DNA of 63,224 nucleotides, the filler included, from Choristocarpus tenellus KU-1152 (Eukaryota > Protista > Phaeophyceae): assembly GCA_964200185.2 (NCBI GenBank). It is 11 parts of 11 records of this genome, joined end to end, with 100 filler letters (N's around TTAATTAATTAA, not from the genome) between each part and the next. Parts side by side here need not be neighbours in the genome. Positions count along the whole stretch, not along the records: positions 30,102 to 49,373 come from CAXNAD020000482.1; positions 49,474 to 52,302 come from CAXNAD020024385.1; 9 more parts are not named here. One strand, 5' to 3'. Below the pieces are notes generated by a model, which worked only from the letters and a program-made list of their open reading frames with translations, was not told where the DNA came from and ran no database searches. Shown here piece after piece: positions 38,588 to 51,862 of this stretch. Position 1 is the stretch's first letter. The number at the start of each line of letters is the position of its first letter. The translations under genes and the position numbers were made by a program.

Positions 38588-40347
38588 ATGTCTGAGACCA
38601 AGCAGATTATCCCAGAGTCTGTGCTGAAGAAGCGCCGTGTACAGGAGGCTATCGCGGCCAAGAAGGCGACTGCTGCAGAAGCAGCGAAGAAGGTGGGGAT
38701 GGAGTTGGTGAATGAGGAAGGGTAGGGATAGGAGCTACTACTGGCAGCTTGTAAAGAGCAACCTGAGTGGATGAGACATGCGACTACCCCCTTTCCTTCC
38801 ACCTGGTTTAAATCCCTTCGTGGTCTAACCAGGTCGAGGTTTTCGCCTGAGGAGTCTTAATATTTTAAGACACTTCTGGTGTGAAAGCGACGTACTTATG
38901 GCATGGGTTCAAGTAGCCCTTGTGGTTTAACCAGTGGTGCATATCCAGCAGTTCACTCTCATTGGGTTCAAAATCCCTCCGTGGTCTAACCCAGAGGGTT
39001 GTTGTCCAAATAGATTTCTCCTTGAGGTTCGGCACAGCCTATGAAAGGTACCTCTTCCCCTCCAATCATCGGTGAACATTTCCCATCATAAGATAGCGTT
39101 GCGATTTCTCTCTACCCCACTGTTCTTTCATGCTAAAAATTATCCCCACCCGAGTTTTATAATGTTGTGATCTCTGTCTATTTGTTGGTACCTATCCCTC
39201 TTGCGTCCTACCAATTGACCCATAGAGTGTTTCAGTGTCCCCTGACGATTTTCAACCAGTCACTGTAGATATTGAACAAATGGCTGTGGGGATGTGTTGC
39301 TCGATCCCATGTCACTCTTGAACGTTCGCTCATCAGGCCGCCGAGGCCAAGAAGAAAGAGATTTTCAACCGCGCCGAGCGGTATATCAAGGAGTACCGGT
39401 CCAAAGAGAATGACGCCATCCGCTTCCGCCGTGAGGCCAAGGCGGCGGGCAACTTCTACGTTCCTGCCGAAGCGAACGTTGTCTTTGTGATCCGAATCCG
39501 TGGTATCATTGGGGTATCGCCCAAGGTGCGCAAGATCCTGCAGCTCTTGCGCCTTCGCCAGATCAACAATGGTGTGTTCGTCAAGCTGAACGCTGCCACG
39601 GTAAAGATGTTGCGCCTGGTGGAGCCCTACGTGGCATATGGCTACCCCAACCTTAAGTCTATTCGTGAGCTCATCTACAAGCGTGGCTTCGGGAAGGTGT
39701 GTGGACTTCTCTCCGTGGTTTGCCAGTAGGTGCAAGTTGAAATCAGGACGTGTTTTTATATTCCTCAAAAAGAATATTGACTGAAATATTTACAAACTGT
39801 AGGTGTCCGAATACCAAATGCACCCTACAAGTTGTCAAGTGGCATTTTGGGGTATTAGATAGACAACTTCAAAATGGGTTATGCATGACTCTTGACTTAC
39901 TGAGCTGCATTTGTTAAAACGCACATTGCGAGAGAACAGGCAGTATACGAGTTATTGGGTAGGGTTAGCTATCGCTTGAACTGGCTTTTGTTCAAGAATG
40001 CTGTGAACTTAGCAAATTTTTCGCAACTCTTTGGACCATTGCTACTGCTCTGAAAACAAATTACACCTTCCATGTTTCGTCAGGTCAACAAGCAGCGCAT
40101 TCCCATCTCCGACAACTCTGTTGTGGAAGGTGCCCTTGGATCCAAGGGGATCATTTGTGTAGAAGATCTCATTCATGAGATCTTCACTGTTGGACCTAAC
40201 TTCAAGGAGGCCAACAACTTCCTGTGGCCCATGAAGCTATCTAACCCTAATGGTGGCTTCCGCCAAAAGTTGCTGCACTTCAATGAGGGTGGTGATGCTG
40301 GTCAACGTGGCCACAAGATCAATGCCCTTATCAAGCTTATGCTTTAG
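38588..40347 (+). CDS. RPL7: 60S ribosomal protein L7 (uL30), 242 aa
   Basis: Exons 38588-38692, 39337-39696, 40084-40347; [45 protein letters not shown]. Confidence 0.98.
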
Positions 40348-40900
40348 ATTGTTCAACATCAATAGCAGGATTTGCAGATGTGTAGCTGCAGGTAACCCCC
40401 TACTTAAACAGAACACAACACAAAATATACTCGATTGTTTCACGTCATCCTGCAAAGGAATAATGTTTTTAATTTACTGTGAAAGCAGTGAATCAATTCT
40501 AACCTTACTATGTGCTCTCCAGGTTGTAACTGCCAATTAATTTTTAGTCATTGGATTGCTGCCTTGGTAGATTTGAAAGTTCTCTGTACAGCAACCTTTC
40601 CCTCAATAGTTAATAATATATTGGCTAATTGAAACCCTCTATGTAGCACCATATTTGTAATATATTTTGAAGGTAGATCAGGGAAGGGAAAAGGAAAAAA
40701 CCAGAGCTAGAAGACTCTGTTACCACTATAATAATTGCTGTTTCCAGCATGATACTCCCTTTTCAAAGTTGTGTGGACTACATACCTGTGATTGAAAATA
40801 TTTAACATGGCAGTTGTCCATATTTCCAAATAAACAATGAATGTTTTTTCAGTAAAAATAGATAACATCTTGTGGAATTTCAACTTCTGAAAGTGGAGGG

Positions 40901-41124
40901 TCAGTTGAGAGGTTGGCAGGGTCACATTTGAAGGATCCTGAGAAAGGGCAAGGAGTCTCTGAAATGTACTGACACCCCTTGTGTGTAAAGGGGGAATATC
41001 AATCATTTTTCAATACATTATTGTACACTGTAATCAATGACATTAGAGTGTATTGCACAGGGCAAGAAAGATTGTTCAGAGTGCAAAAGGGTCCAAACTT
41101 GCAGACCTCTCAATTGGTTTGCAT
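40901..41124. mobile_element. MITE family B (copy 3, left end eroded)
   Basis: CAGTTGAGAGGTTGGCAGG ... TGCAGACCTCTCAATTGGTTTG, with the same subterminal GGGCAAGAAAG..GGGTCCAAAC as copy 1. Confidence 0.7.
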
Positions 41125-42895
41125 CAAAATAAATTCAACTTGATGGTTGTTTGTTCATCTTTGCTATATTGCATGTGTTGATGTAAAGTGATACAGATAA
41201 AAATGTATAAATCCCGTCTTAGTGCTGTGCATCATGGATGGTGGATGGCATCATATGTGCTGCTTACATGTTCCTGTCTCTGATCGATTTCCTCTGTACT
41301 ACTTATGCTTCACATCTGGTAGATGTTCATAATAGTACAATGAATTACTTGCATGGATATGAGCTTACTCTATGTCACCTATCCCATACCATACACACAA
41401 AGTACGTGTACCAACAATGCCCAATAATAATAATTCTAGCTATATCTTGAAGGAGGGTTGTACCAGAAAATTTTACAGATAATAAGATCTTCACCAAAGC
41501 CACCCATTGAGCGGAAATAGGGAGAGTTCAGCATGGATTCTTATCCTGGTTTAATAGAGGAGTGATTTTATTTGGTTGATGGTGGAGGTGGTGAGGTCGT
41601 GTAGAGGTATCTACAGCAGTAGTATGCAACCTTCAGGATTTAACCATCCGTTCACTGCGTAAACTGACCAAGTGAGTGGAATACACTAGTTGGCATCTAG
41701 TGTTTTTATTAATTTAAACTGTACTGTACGACAAACATTTCCGATGCAGTCTTTACATTCAGGAAGAAAACAGTACTATTATTCAACCGCTAAACTACTG
41801 CTGCTTCTATTTTGACCTGACCAACCATACAACATATACAGAGCCATCCTATGTTAGAAGGGAGGGGGTTCTATTTTGGCCTTTTGAGAACGTAGGGCAT
41901 TTTCAATTTCTAAGACCCCATTTCATATGCCTGAAATGCCGCTAACCAACCTTTGGAGGTATTGCAGTAGCAGAGGAGAGAGACTTTTGTCCACACAAGC
42001 ATGAAATCAACCTTTGAGAATTTTAGAAGCACACACATCATCAGAAGGTAGTCATGAGAGTCCCAAATACTGAATGACACCCCCCTCTAAGATAGGACGG
42101 CTTACACCCTTCTTTTTGAGCATACAATTTTTTCTTGGACTTCATCCAGAACTAGATCATTTATTTGATGTTGGGAATTGGTTTCATTGTAAGCACTACT
42201 GGTTGCCACAAAGCCAGCAGCAACAAACATGCAAGGATTTATCAAAAAACAAACCACAGTGTACACCAAGCAAGACACACACGCCTCCACACTCTCCCAG
42301 CGTTGCATTTGCGTACTACTTTGCTCTGCTAGAAGTCAAGAGCCATCCATGTACGATTGAGGGGGGGGGGCACGACACAAATAGGCAATTGATAATCACA
42401 TGGGTCCAATATAATAATTCAATCATACGGGTGCAATCTTGCCCACTTGCCTACACTCACTTGCTGATGTTGGCAAGTCACTTTCAAACAAATATCTTGC
42501 CAGCACCCCAAATTCTATTCATTCTGTTGCTACTGATGAATATACAACATGAAAGAAATAGTACCTTCCCATTCAGCAAAAGGAGCGCAACCATTGTCCT
42601 TTCAAAGAATATTCTGTGTTACTCCTACTGAGTATTTTGTATTCTTGAAGTAGAAAAGTTGTCACCATGGATGAGATTGCCTTTCTCTACAGCGCAATTG
42701 AACAACAGATTACAGCATCACAGAATTATCGAGAGAGTTGACAATGAGCACAGACTCCCTGCTCCTGAAATAGCAGGAATGAATGGCTTTGGTATATTTC
42801 TGAGAAGTCAAACAAAGATAATCACCTCTCTCCTATTCACTTGTTCTTCGTTCAGAGTCTTGGTTATCGTTTGTGATGCATCTTCATTTATTGTT

Positions 42896-45565
42896 CTATG
42901 TACGGGTTGACGAGCTCCCCAATTTCCTTGTGGGTGAAAGCCTGCTGCATCCATCCGTTCTGTAGGGTTGTTGCATAATCCCCCACCTCCCTCCCCTCAT
43001 ATGCATACCAGCAGACCTGGGTGACAAGGACTGCGCCTTTGAACTTTCCCCTCTCTTCTGTGAGTTCATGACCAATGCTGCAGGGTTGCTCCTTGAATAT
43101 TTACAATTAGTCTCTGAAGGCTCAAAGTGTTCCTGACAACAGGACTCTCTTCGTGATGTCTGTTCAAAGGAGAGAGCTGTCTCCTCATCATCGTTCTCCT
43201 TCATCACTGCAAGACATGGTGTCCCACGACATGTCTGCTGCAGGAGCATTGCAGGCACAGGTGAAGGTGAATCTAGCTCCCGCTGGTGACCACTTTCTTG
43301 ACAATATTTTGTTCCACGAAGGGTTGAAGATTTCACATCAGAGATATCAACTTGACCCCCTGCTTTCTTAATGCCCCGAGTTTCCAAAGCTGTAAGATCT
43401 TCCCCTACTGGGGTCTGAGGGTATGGGGATGGAGAGTGAGCGGTGGATGCGCCCATGGTAGACCCGCTGTCATAGGTGCCCTTCATGTCAGATTTAATAG
43501 TTGTAAGTATACTTGCAGTGTGCTTGATGTACCCTATTGCACGACTGGAGGTGCTTTCTAGAAGATCACCTTGACCCTCTCCAAGTGCAACATACATGGA
43601 GCTGCTCATATCGGCATGGTCTCCATGTCTCGCTGGTATATGAGTCATCATGGCAGGGTCCTGTTTCTTGTTGATTGAGCCAAGGCTGCATTCAACTCCA
43701 CCTGTGGCTTCCAGCTTCTCACGAAACTTGTTGCGGAAGATGCTACAACCCTTAGCAAGGGTCATTGCCAAACAGCGACTTGGACTATCTAAAGGTGTGA
43801 TGCCACCCAATGAAAATCGATCCGTACATTGAGGTAGGTCATTGGCTGGAGAACACTGAGGTTCTGCTGATGTTGTTGATGGTTTTTTAGTTACCCTGTC
43901 TAAACCACTATCATCAGCAACACTTGACAGAGGAGGATGAGAAAACACCTCCCCTGCTGCTTCAACTGCTGCACCATAGTAACGTTGGAGTTCAGCTAGG
44001 CTCGCTGCTTTCCTCCTCTTAGTTCGACTGTTGGTTGTGCATTCAAATTCTCGTGAGCCTTTTCGAGATGTTGGTGTGCTGATCCCACGATTAACTTCGC
44101 GGTGAAGACGGCGCACATTGCGTCGCATGAATGAGTACCTTTTAGAAGATGAGATATAGGCGGCAATATTTCAGACAGGATATTTTGTAATGGGAGGTTG
44201 CATTTCATAATAGCCACATGTACACTTTCAGTGGGACATGGTTCACGTCCTCTCAACAAGTTCCAACAACATTCAGCAAAGAATTTCGAGCAGATTGCAC
44301 AGTTCCTGGCAGTCATACTACTTCCACAATAAGCACATGCATGCTCAGAAGGTCAATACTGAAGTACTGCATATTCTATTTGTTACGGCAGTACTAGTGG
44401 GATGTGTTGCTGAGATATGTCGAGATAAAAATACAGCTGATCGTAGTGTCACATCGATAGTTTCTTCACATTTGACGTTCCTCAAATTCAAAATAGCCCT
44501 AACCAAGACATGGATTGGTTTGTTGCTAGTGGTCCGTTGTGAGTACTTGCGTGAAGCATTAGGGAGTATCGAAATGACGGCGCAGCATCCTTGCACAAGA
44601 TCAATGCTCACCAGTGATTACAGTGGATTCAACAGTGTCTCTATGTGGAGCATTTCTTCCTAAGGATCGTGTCTGTTCTCCTTATTGGTTGCACTTCAAA
44701 CTTGCTCACTCGATGTACATGTTATTTTACCGATGCGTGAAAATGGACAATTGTTTGTTGCGACAATTGCCAAAACCGAGGCTAGATTTGTTGTCTCAGT
44801 GGTACTCACCAGTGATTCTTGACATGGTTGTCTGTGCGCCCTGGTAGTCGCTTGGCTATTTCGGCCCAGCGATTTCCGAGCTCCTTATGTGCTTCTGCCA
44901 TTGTCTTTTCCTCTTCCTTACTCCACTCGCATTTTCGAATACTTGGATCTAGACAAAGGGAGAATATGTGGTGGCATGAAGTTTCAAAGTGCCGCATTAG
45001 GGCTAAAGAAAACGTTGTGCTTCGAAGTATACACATCTTCAGTGGAGAAAGCGTCTGGGATATCAACGAAGAAACTGCCAAGTATTTCCAAAGAGAGACA
45101 AGAAAAGGACATTTAGCAGGTATACTGCCTCTAACCAACTCGCCAAGGTGGTTGTGCCATCGTTCCCAGCACTGTTTCCCCGATCTCTCTCGAATACCAA
45201 ATTCCAGGTCAAGGTACTCCGCTATTGCTGTCCAGCTTGCTGTTCCGTGCTTCCTCACAAGTTCCCTTATTGCTTCATCCTCCTCATTGCTCCATACGCG
45301 TCTTGTGCATTGGGATCAGCATCGAGGTTGGGATATGGGAAGGGTTGAGCATTGTTCACGGTACAAGAGTCTAGGTGAATGGATTGTGGGTAACGCTCAA
45401 CCTACTCGACCCAAAGTTGAAGTGTTCATGCTCTTAGCATCACGCAGACACACGCAGCATCCACTCCTCGAACACCAGAGTGGACTATTCAGTCTATCGA
45501 CAGTGTGTGGTGGCCACAGCTACATAGCACACTCACCTACCCTTGGCGTTCACTTGTTGGTACAT
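42896..45565 (-). CDS. R2R3-MYB transcription factor
   Basis: Exons 45565-45537, 45301-45144 ([20 protein letters not shown]), 44948-44810 ([29 protein letters not shown]), 44138-42896; intron 2 is GC-AG. Start codon is tentative. Confidence 0.9.
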
Positions 45566-46109
45566 GAGATCCGGAAAAGGAAGAGCATCGATTACCTTTT
45601 CAGAGATGCAACAAGACCACGAGCAAAGCGTGGTTATTATCGTACCGTCAAGTAAAGTAAGAGGTTGTAGAAATGTGCCCACGATCAACAGCAAAGGTAG
45701 TGTTTCCCAACAAATATTCCCCCTCACCGTTCTAAGCCACTATGGAGTAAGGTAGGAACGTGTACGAGAAATTATAGTTCCAATGCACCAGCAATGAATG
45801 ACAACTACAGTTTGTTGACGAGTTCGGATAAAATATTGAAGTGAGGCAAAACCCACAACGAACCGCATCCACACCATAGCGTTACGCTTGTAACTTGAGT
45901 AACTGTCCTTTGTTTCTTCTCTTTCATAATGTAATAATACACGTACAATTAATATGTTTCTTCTCAAACGTCTACAGTAGTACAGTCAGTACAACTTTTA
46001 TTAGTATATAATGGTGCTGAAAAGTATTTTAATTTCGCCTTGATCTGATCAGTACAGTACGGTAGGAAGTGTACCACAACAACAGTGGTAGTGGTAGTGG
46101 TCCATAGCT

Positions 46110-47900
46110 TTTATAAGAAGCAGGCTTAACCTTGAAACCGCCAGAGATTCAACTTGGGACTAAAGAAGTAGGTTGTTTGGGCCATATTTTGTTGTCTGAA
46201 GGCATTCGCATCGACGTTGAAGGTCAGGTTTGTGTCATCAATGAATTAACTATTCCCACCACTATCAAAGAAGTTCGATCTGTGGTAGGTATGGATAATT
46301 TTGTACACACAGTCATCGAACCATTCGTTCGTATTCCTAAGAAAAGTGTCAGTAAGAACATTGCCAAAGAACAGGGAATGAATGGACTAGGATGTGGCAT
46401 TTTTCGAAGTGAACAATTCTTGTTGCAACCCTGGTTCTCGTATGTCCTGGCTTTACCAAAGAGTTCGTCGCCCATGTTGATGGCAGTGAGTGAGAGTGAT
46501 GCTGGATTCTTATTAGTACAACCCCCATCCAATAATCCTAATGAGCTAGGTATCATTGTTTACTTCACCAAGAAATTCAATGAAGCTAAACACGTCACTA
46601 TTCAGCTATATTGAAAGGGTGCTATATGCAGTCGTTATTACTATCACTCACTGGCGACGGTATCTCCCCGGTAAGCTACCTGTATTACAGATCACGCTAC
46701 TTGTGTTACTTGTACAAAGTGCAGGATACGAACAACAAACTTATTCGTTGAGCGATCACGTATCAAATTTATGATTTCGCTGTCAAACAAAAGCCTTGTA
46801 AGCTAGATGTTATACCTGACACTCTTCTTTCACATATTATCGAGTTCGAGGAACAAGAGAAATCCGTTACTCCAATTCTGTCACCAATCAATCGGTCGTA
46901 AATGTATCCTGTGGTAATCGTATATTTACCGCACGTGTTCACTGTAGGTTATCTGCTTCTAACCTCCACCAAGCAACGCTTGTCCAAAGTGATGGCGAAC
47001 TATTAATTACTTCCTCTTCTACAGTATTTGAACATAGTAGTATCGTTGCAGAGTTGCAATCTGTCTTTGGTTACAAGAAAACCAGAAACACTAGGTATCA
47101 CCCTCAAGAAAATTCTTGTGTTAGAGAGAGTACATACTACGTTGCATTCTATGCTAGCAATATGTACCTCCATTCATTGCTGAGGATAACTGGGCGTCGT
47201 TATTGCTTTCATACAAGTAGCCTATAATTCTGCTCTGTTGTAAAGTTGCATGAAACCCCGTTTTTCCTTTGCATGGAAGACAATCTCGTCTATCCATTGA
47301 TATAAAATCCTTGCTTCATCTAATGTTGATTCAGATGTTACTACTGAAGAGTATACTTAGTAATCCAAAGATATTTTTTAGATTGAATTGGAGTTGGCAC
47401 GCCGAAACCTCCGTGAACGTCGAAATTCAGGAACGTGCCAACCAACGTCGTGTGTTCCCCATTTTCGTTCCCGATGATAAAGTTCCAGTCAATAGACTGC
47501 ACGAAAGTACTGATGGTCCGAATCCGAAGTTACTTCACCCTTGGGGTCCGTATGAAGTACATTCTAAGGTATCACCCATCGTGTACAGGGTCGTATTGCC
47601 TGGAAACCCACGACCATTTTCCGTTTATCTGGGTTGAATGAAACGTTGAACTGTTCATACCAACAAGTTCAACCTCCTACACCACACTCGAATTGAAATG
47701 GATTACTTGTTTGGGGAAAACCTTTACATTTTCCGGATGTAGACCATCAAGCATCTCAACCCGTGATTAGCAAGTACACTACTGAGCATTGTTGCACATA
47801 GACGTGGTCCAGGTCGCCGTTTGTCCCCACATGTTGTCTATCCGATTTTGTGTTTGTTGTGGCTATGGACCCTCTTGTGACTTTCTAGAAGAGGAGAACA
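46110..47900 (+). mobile_element. Degenerate Ty3/Gypsy pol (RT end, RNase H, integrase, GPY/F, possible chromodomain)
   Basis: LGHILLSEGIRID, PTTIKEVRSVVGM, IVYFTKKF, LYAVVITITHWRRYL, YHPQEN, ETPFFLLHGR, WGPYEV..SPIVYRV in Gypsy order; many frameshifts. Confidence 0.9.
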
Positions 47901-48077
47901 AATCTCACAAGGCCGTGAAATGATTGGAGTCTATCGTGCCATATATATATGGATCAATAATTATCAGCAAAAGTCTTGTCCCAATCAGTCTTGACTTGAG
48001 ACATCGCATTTTACTCTTACCTGTCTCCTTTACATACTCAGTTTTTTCTTGCATTATCTTCTGAGTGAAGGCATTAT

Positions 48078-48338
48078 TGACCCAGAGCAAACGAGAGGTA
48101 CCCAGTGTTACAATTTAAGGATGTTGACAAATAAATGTGTAGAATTCGACTTTTTGTACAAATGCGTGCAAGGACATTTTGTATTTCCATCCAAAACTTT
48201 CAAACAATAGAGAAATCGATGTTCTCAAGTCTCTTAGCACTTCATCCATGGAATTAAGGATGAGTTACAAAGGATGAAAAAAATGGGTAAAAATGCTAAA
48301 CGACCAAAACCTGGGTAACTCTCCTTTACTTTTGACTC
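48078..48338. mobile_element. MITE-like repeat, family A (copy 2), about 28-bp imperfect TIRs
   Basis: GCAAACGAGAGGTACCCAG ... CTGGGTAACTCTCCTTTAC; internal match to 1550-1787. Confidence 0.65.
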
Positions 48339-48345
48339 ATTTTGG

Positions 48346-48353
<8 letters not shown>

Positions 48354-48385
<32 letters not shown>
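48354..48385. repeat. (TA)n microsatellite
   Basis: Direct reading. Confidence 0.95.
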
Positions 48386-48387
<2 letters not shown>

Positions 48388-50370
48388 GGTGAAGATCTCC
48401 ACCAATCTTTTTCAGGACTCGTCTATCTTGGCCCAGATCATCTCGTGTTACCCACAATCATAAACCCTTCCTTACATAGGTTGACCATCGCATCCGACAA
48501 TTGTTTGTGCATCATATTGCCGTAGATGAGTGTTGTCTATCATATTGTAAGGAGATGAAACAGCTAAAAACAGATCTCAGTCGACCCTGTTCGCGACCAG
48601 CCTTGACTTGACATGTCGTGTTTACCAAGTTTATCATCTGTACATATATGTTAGTTGGACGTTTAGTTAATTAATTAATACGATGTTATTTTATCTCTCA
48701 ACTTCCCTCATTTCACACGAGTGGACAGATGTGGTGGTCAAGAGACCGTCAAATCACTGAGCACATAAACACCTGAGGTGGCAGTTCACTACACCATGTC
48801 TCTTTTTCATTAAATGTGTTTATTAATCAGTGTGAAATGATTGACGTTGACAAAAACCAAGTATCAAATAAAATAGGGAAAGTGATGGAGATATTAGGTG
48901 AGTCACATTTCTTCTTTGTTTTTGGAGCGATATGATCCCCCCAACATGATCTAATGACTGTATGGTCACCTCCTATCATATTGAGAGTTTAGCCACCAAC
49001 ATCATCCGTCCTAGTGTCCACTTCGGTTGTAGTTGTCGTAGCGAGGACTATTTATAATCATATCATATTATTAGAGACAGGAGACCTGTATGCCGCTGGC
49101 CCCATATATCTCTCGGCTCATATTTAAGCTGACTGAAAATTTGCTGACCACATTTCATCAACCTCACTCGAATTTATACGGACTAACATATGCTGATCCG
49201 ATACACTCAGACCTCTTAAAGTTGATTTGTATGCTGACCACATAACATCGACCTTTGCCTAATGATACCCTGATCAGATATTAATTAATATCGTGTTAAT
49301 ATATTGCACTTCATCTTGTATTGATGAAGTCTTGGGAAAACATGATGGAGACCCAAAGTATCCGGGAGGGGGGNNNNNNNNNNNNNNNNNNNNNNNNNNN
49401 NNNNNNNNNNNNNNNNNTTAATTAATTAANNNNNNNNNNNNNNNNNNNNNNNNNNNNNNNNNNNNNNNNNNNNTTTTTTTCCGCCGCCCCCCCACCCCAC
49501 CTCCTCCCTCCCCCCCCCCCCCCCCCCCCCCCTCTTTAAAAAAAATTCCCCCCCCCCCCCCCCCCCCCCCCCCTCAGACAGAGAATGGTCTGTAAGAACC
49601 AAAGTAGATATGAACGTTGATTGATTATCCCCTGTTGCTATGCTGCGCTTTCGTCAAGTGCTTTGCAATGAGTGTGTGTATGTGTGTTTCCTACAATGGG
49701 AATGTGCAGGAATGATTATATAGTATAGGGTTAGGGTTGTGGTGAGGGCAAGAGCAACAACTCACCTATCCCCCCTTGGAATGGTAAGGGATTTAGAGAC
49801 TAGACAACAACAGTAGTGGCATTTCCTTTTTGTCTTTATTGGAATTACACACTGTACCTAAATTTGCACAGTGAATACAAAATCCACGTCTTTACTACTT
49901 ACTGCCATCCTACCCCTGTCCAACTCCCATTCCTGCCCCTGCTCAGTGGTGTAAGGGTTGTAGGGTGTACGTATGTGTAGGCATTGAGATGACTACCATC
50001 CTAACACTCACATTTGATGTATCCAATGACTCTCTTTAGGGGCACCTAGACAATGCTACAGGCACCATAGCAATGTCCATATATATATATATATATATAC
50101 CTGGTTTGCACAATATATATATAGTCTTCTGTTTTAAAATGTGAGGCAGGAGAAAATAAAGAAAATAAGCGTTCTTTTTCTTTGAGGTGTGCAGTACAAT
50201 ATTTTTATTAATTGGACAGTATTCTTGAGTGTACTGAGTTATCCGTCCAGGGAAGAACATCCTCTTTATTTTTTGTACTTTTATTTTTTTTTACTTTCAG
50301 TGCCGTGAGACACACACTACTATTGCTTGTAGTTGTACAAATGCACACCTTTTTTTACAAAACTACTGTA

Positions 50371-50417
<47 letters not shown>

Positions 50418-50452
50418 ATTTGTGGTTGCTTTGAACTTGAGGTGATCAAAAG

Positions 50453-51199
50453 TGTTGAGGAACAGTTGGAGCCCAACCTGTGCTGGCTGCGGAAGGAGCT
50501 TTCCCTGTCCTCAGCTGATGTAAGTTTTGTCCGTCCATCTATCTCACAATGCAACTTCATTACTCCAAGAAGCTCTCTGATGAGCCTCATACATTTTGCA
50601 AGAGAAGGTAGGCATTTGTGTAGGTTTTAGTCCTTGCAGCTTTTGTATTGTTTGCTGTTTAGGTTTTACCTCTACTTGATTTTAGAAGAACCTTGCTTAC
50701 GTTTATGAGGTCTGTAGGACTAGTCCAAAAGAGTTTTTTTTTTTTTAATCTTTTGAACCGTCTCGTAAGAAGCGGTTTGTTTTATGTGAATGCAAGGAAG
50801 TAGAACGATACCTCAGTTTTTATTTTCAAATTAGTTTTCGTAATGTGTACTCAGGCGTATGAAGTGTGTGCCCAGCCGATCCCAGTCAACTCAGTGCTTC
50901 CGCCTTCCATCTTACATACCCGCCCCCACAGTCGTAGACATTACGTACACCAGCCTTAACCCCCCTCCAACCCTTTAGCTTGTAGATAATAATAATAATA
51001 ATAGTAATAATAATAATAATAATAATAATGTCTTATCGATGTGACACGCTACGTCAAGGTTCATGTTCTGGTGCTGCAGTCACCACATTTGTTCTGCAAG
51101 AGTGTGGAGCACACACTAGTCCCTAAGGTGGCATTCCTGGAGGAGGAGGTCGGGGCATCTAGGCAGCAGATTAGGAAAATGTTGCTACGCCTTCCCAAT
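50453..51199 (+). CDS. Internal exons of a second, intron-containing mTERF gene
   Basis: About 50453-50519 (VEEQLEPNLCWLRKELSLSSAD) and 51059-51199 (VHVLVLQSPHLFCKSVEHTLVPKVAFLEEEVGAS..LPN), both ending at GTAAGT donors; acceptors tentative. Confidence 0.75.
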
Positions 51200-51828
51200 G
51201 TAAGTGAGAGAGTGAAAGGAGTCGTGAGCAAGAGTACCCGAGGGTGGGTCTGGGGATTGTGTACAGAGATGTCTAAAAGGCTTTGCTCCTGACATTGTAT
51301 CCATCCTGCGGCTTTTGGCTAGTCCTCCCGCCTCGCCTGCGTGTAACGAAGGGTTGGTATTGGGACACGGATATCGGATTTGTCCTGTGAAACAGACAAA
51401 TCTTGGGGTTCATATTGGAAGGTTTAGGTATTTTAGTGCTGTGTGGAGGTGTTACTATTAGTGTTGAGTAAGGCCCTCAGTGAACCCTAGCTGCTACCGC
51501 TTTCGGCTTCTTTTTTTTTTGGTTGCGGGGGGAGGGGGAGGGGAGGAAGTGTCCCTTTATTTGTGTGTTTCTTGGAGGCCTGAGATCGCTGTCTTCTTCC
51601 CCCATGCAGATCCCACCATCCTTTGCTTTGCTTTTTTTTTTTAATGATTGCGAGTGAGCATTGATGTTAGGGTTAGGGTTGGCAAGTTGATGCTACTGCT
51701 CGTAGTAATGATAATGACAAGATTTGAAGGGGGAGGGGAGGTTGCAGAGCAAGACGCCCAATCGGATCAATGGGACACTATGTATGCATATTGGCTATTT
51801 TATTTCTTGGGTTGTTGTAAATCGAAGA

Positions 51829-51862
51829 CTAACTCTAACCCTAACCCTAACCCTAACCCTAA
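51829..51862. repeat. Interstitial telomere-type (CCCTAA)n; shorter runs near 49727, 51667, 55389, 55820, 56923, 57015, 58929, 59223
   Basis: Direct reading. Confidence 0.9.

Noticed and set aside
39232-39768. 178-aa minus-strand ORF
   Set aside because: Antisense shadow of codon-biased RPL7 exon 2.
39697-40083. Possible snoRNA in RPL7 intron 2
   Set aside because: No convincing C (RTGATGA)/D (CTGA) pair with terminal stem or H/ACA layout found by eye.
44819-45655. 278-aa plus-strand ORF
   Set aside because: Antisense shadow of the MYB exons with no recognisable motif.
49474-49573. Long poly-C tracts
   Set aside because: Contig-edge homopolymers, probably low-quality sequence.
51829-51862. 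CCCTAA runs as true chromosome ends
   Set aside because: Short, internal to contigs and in both orientations.
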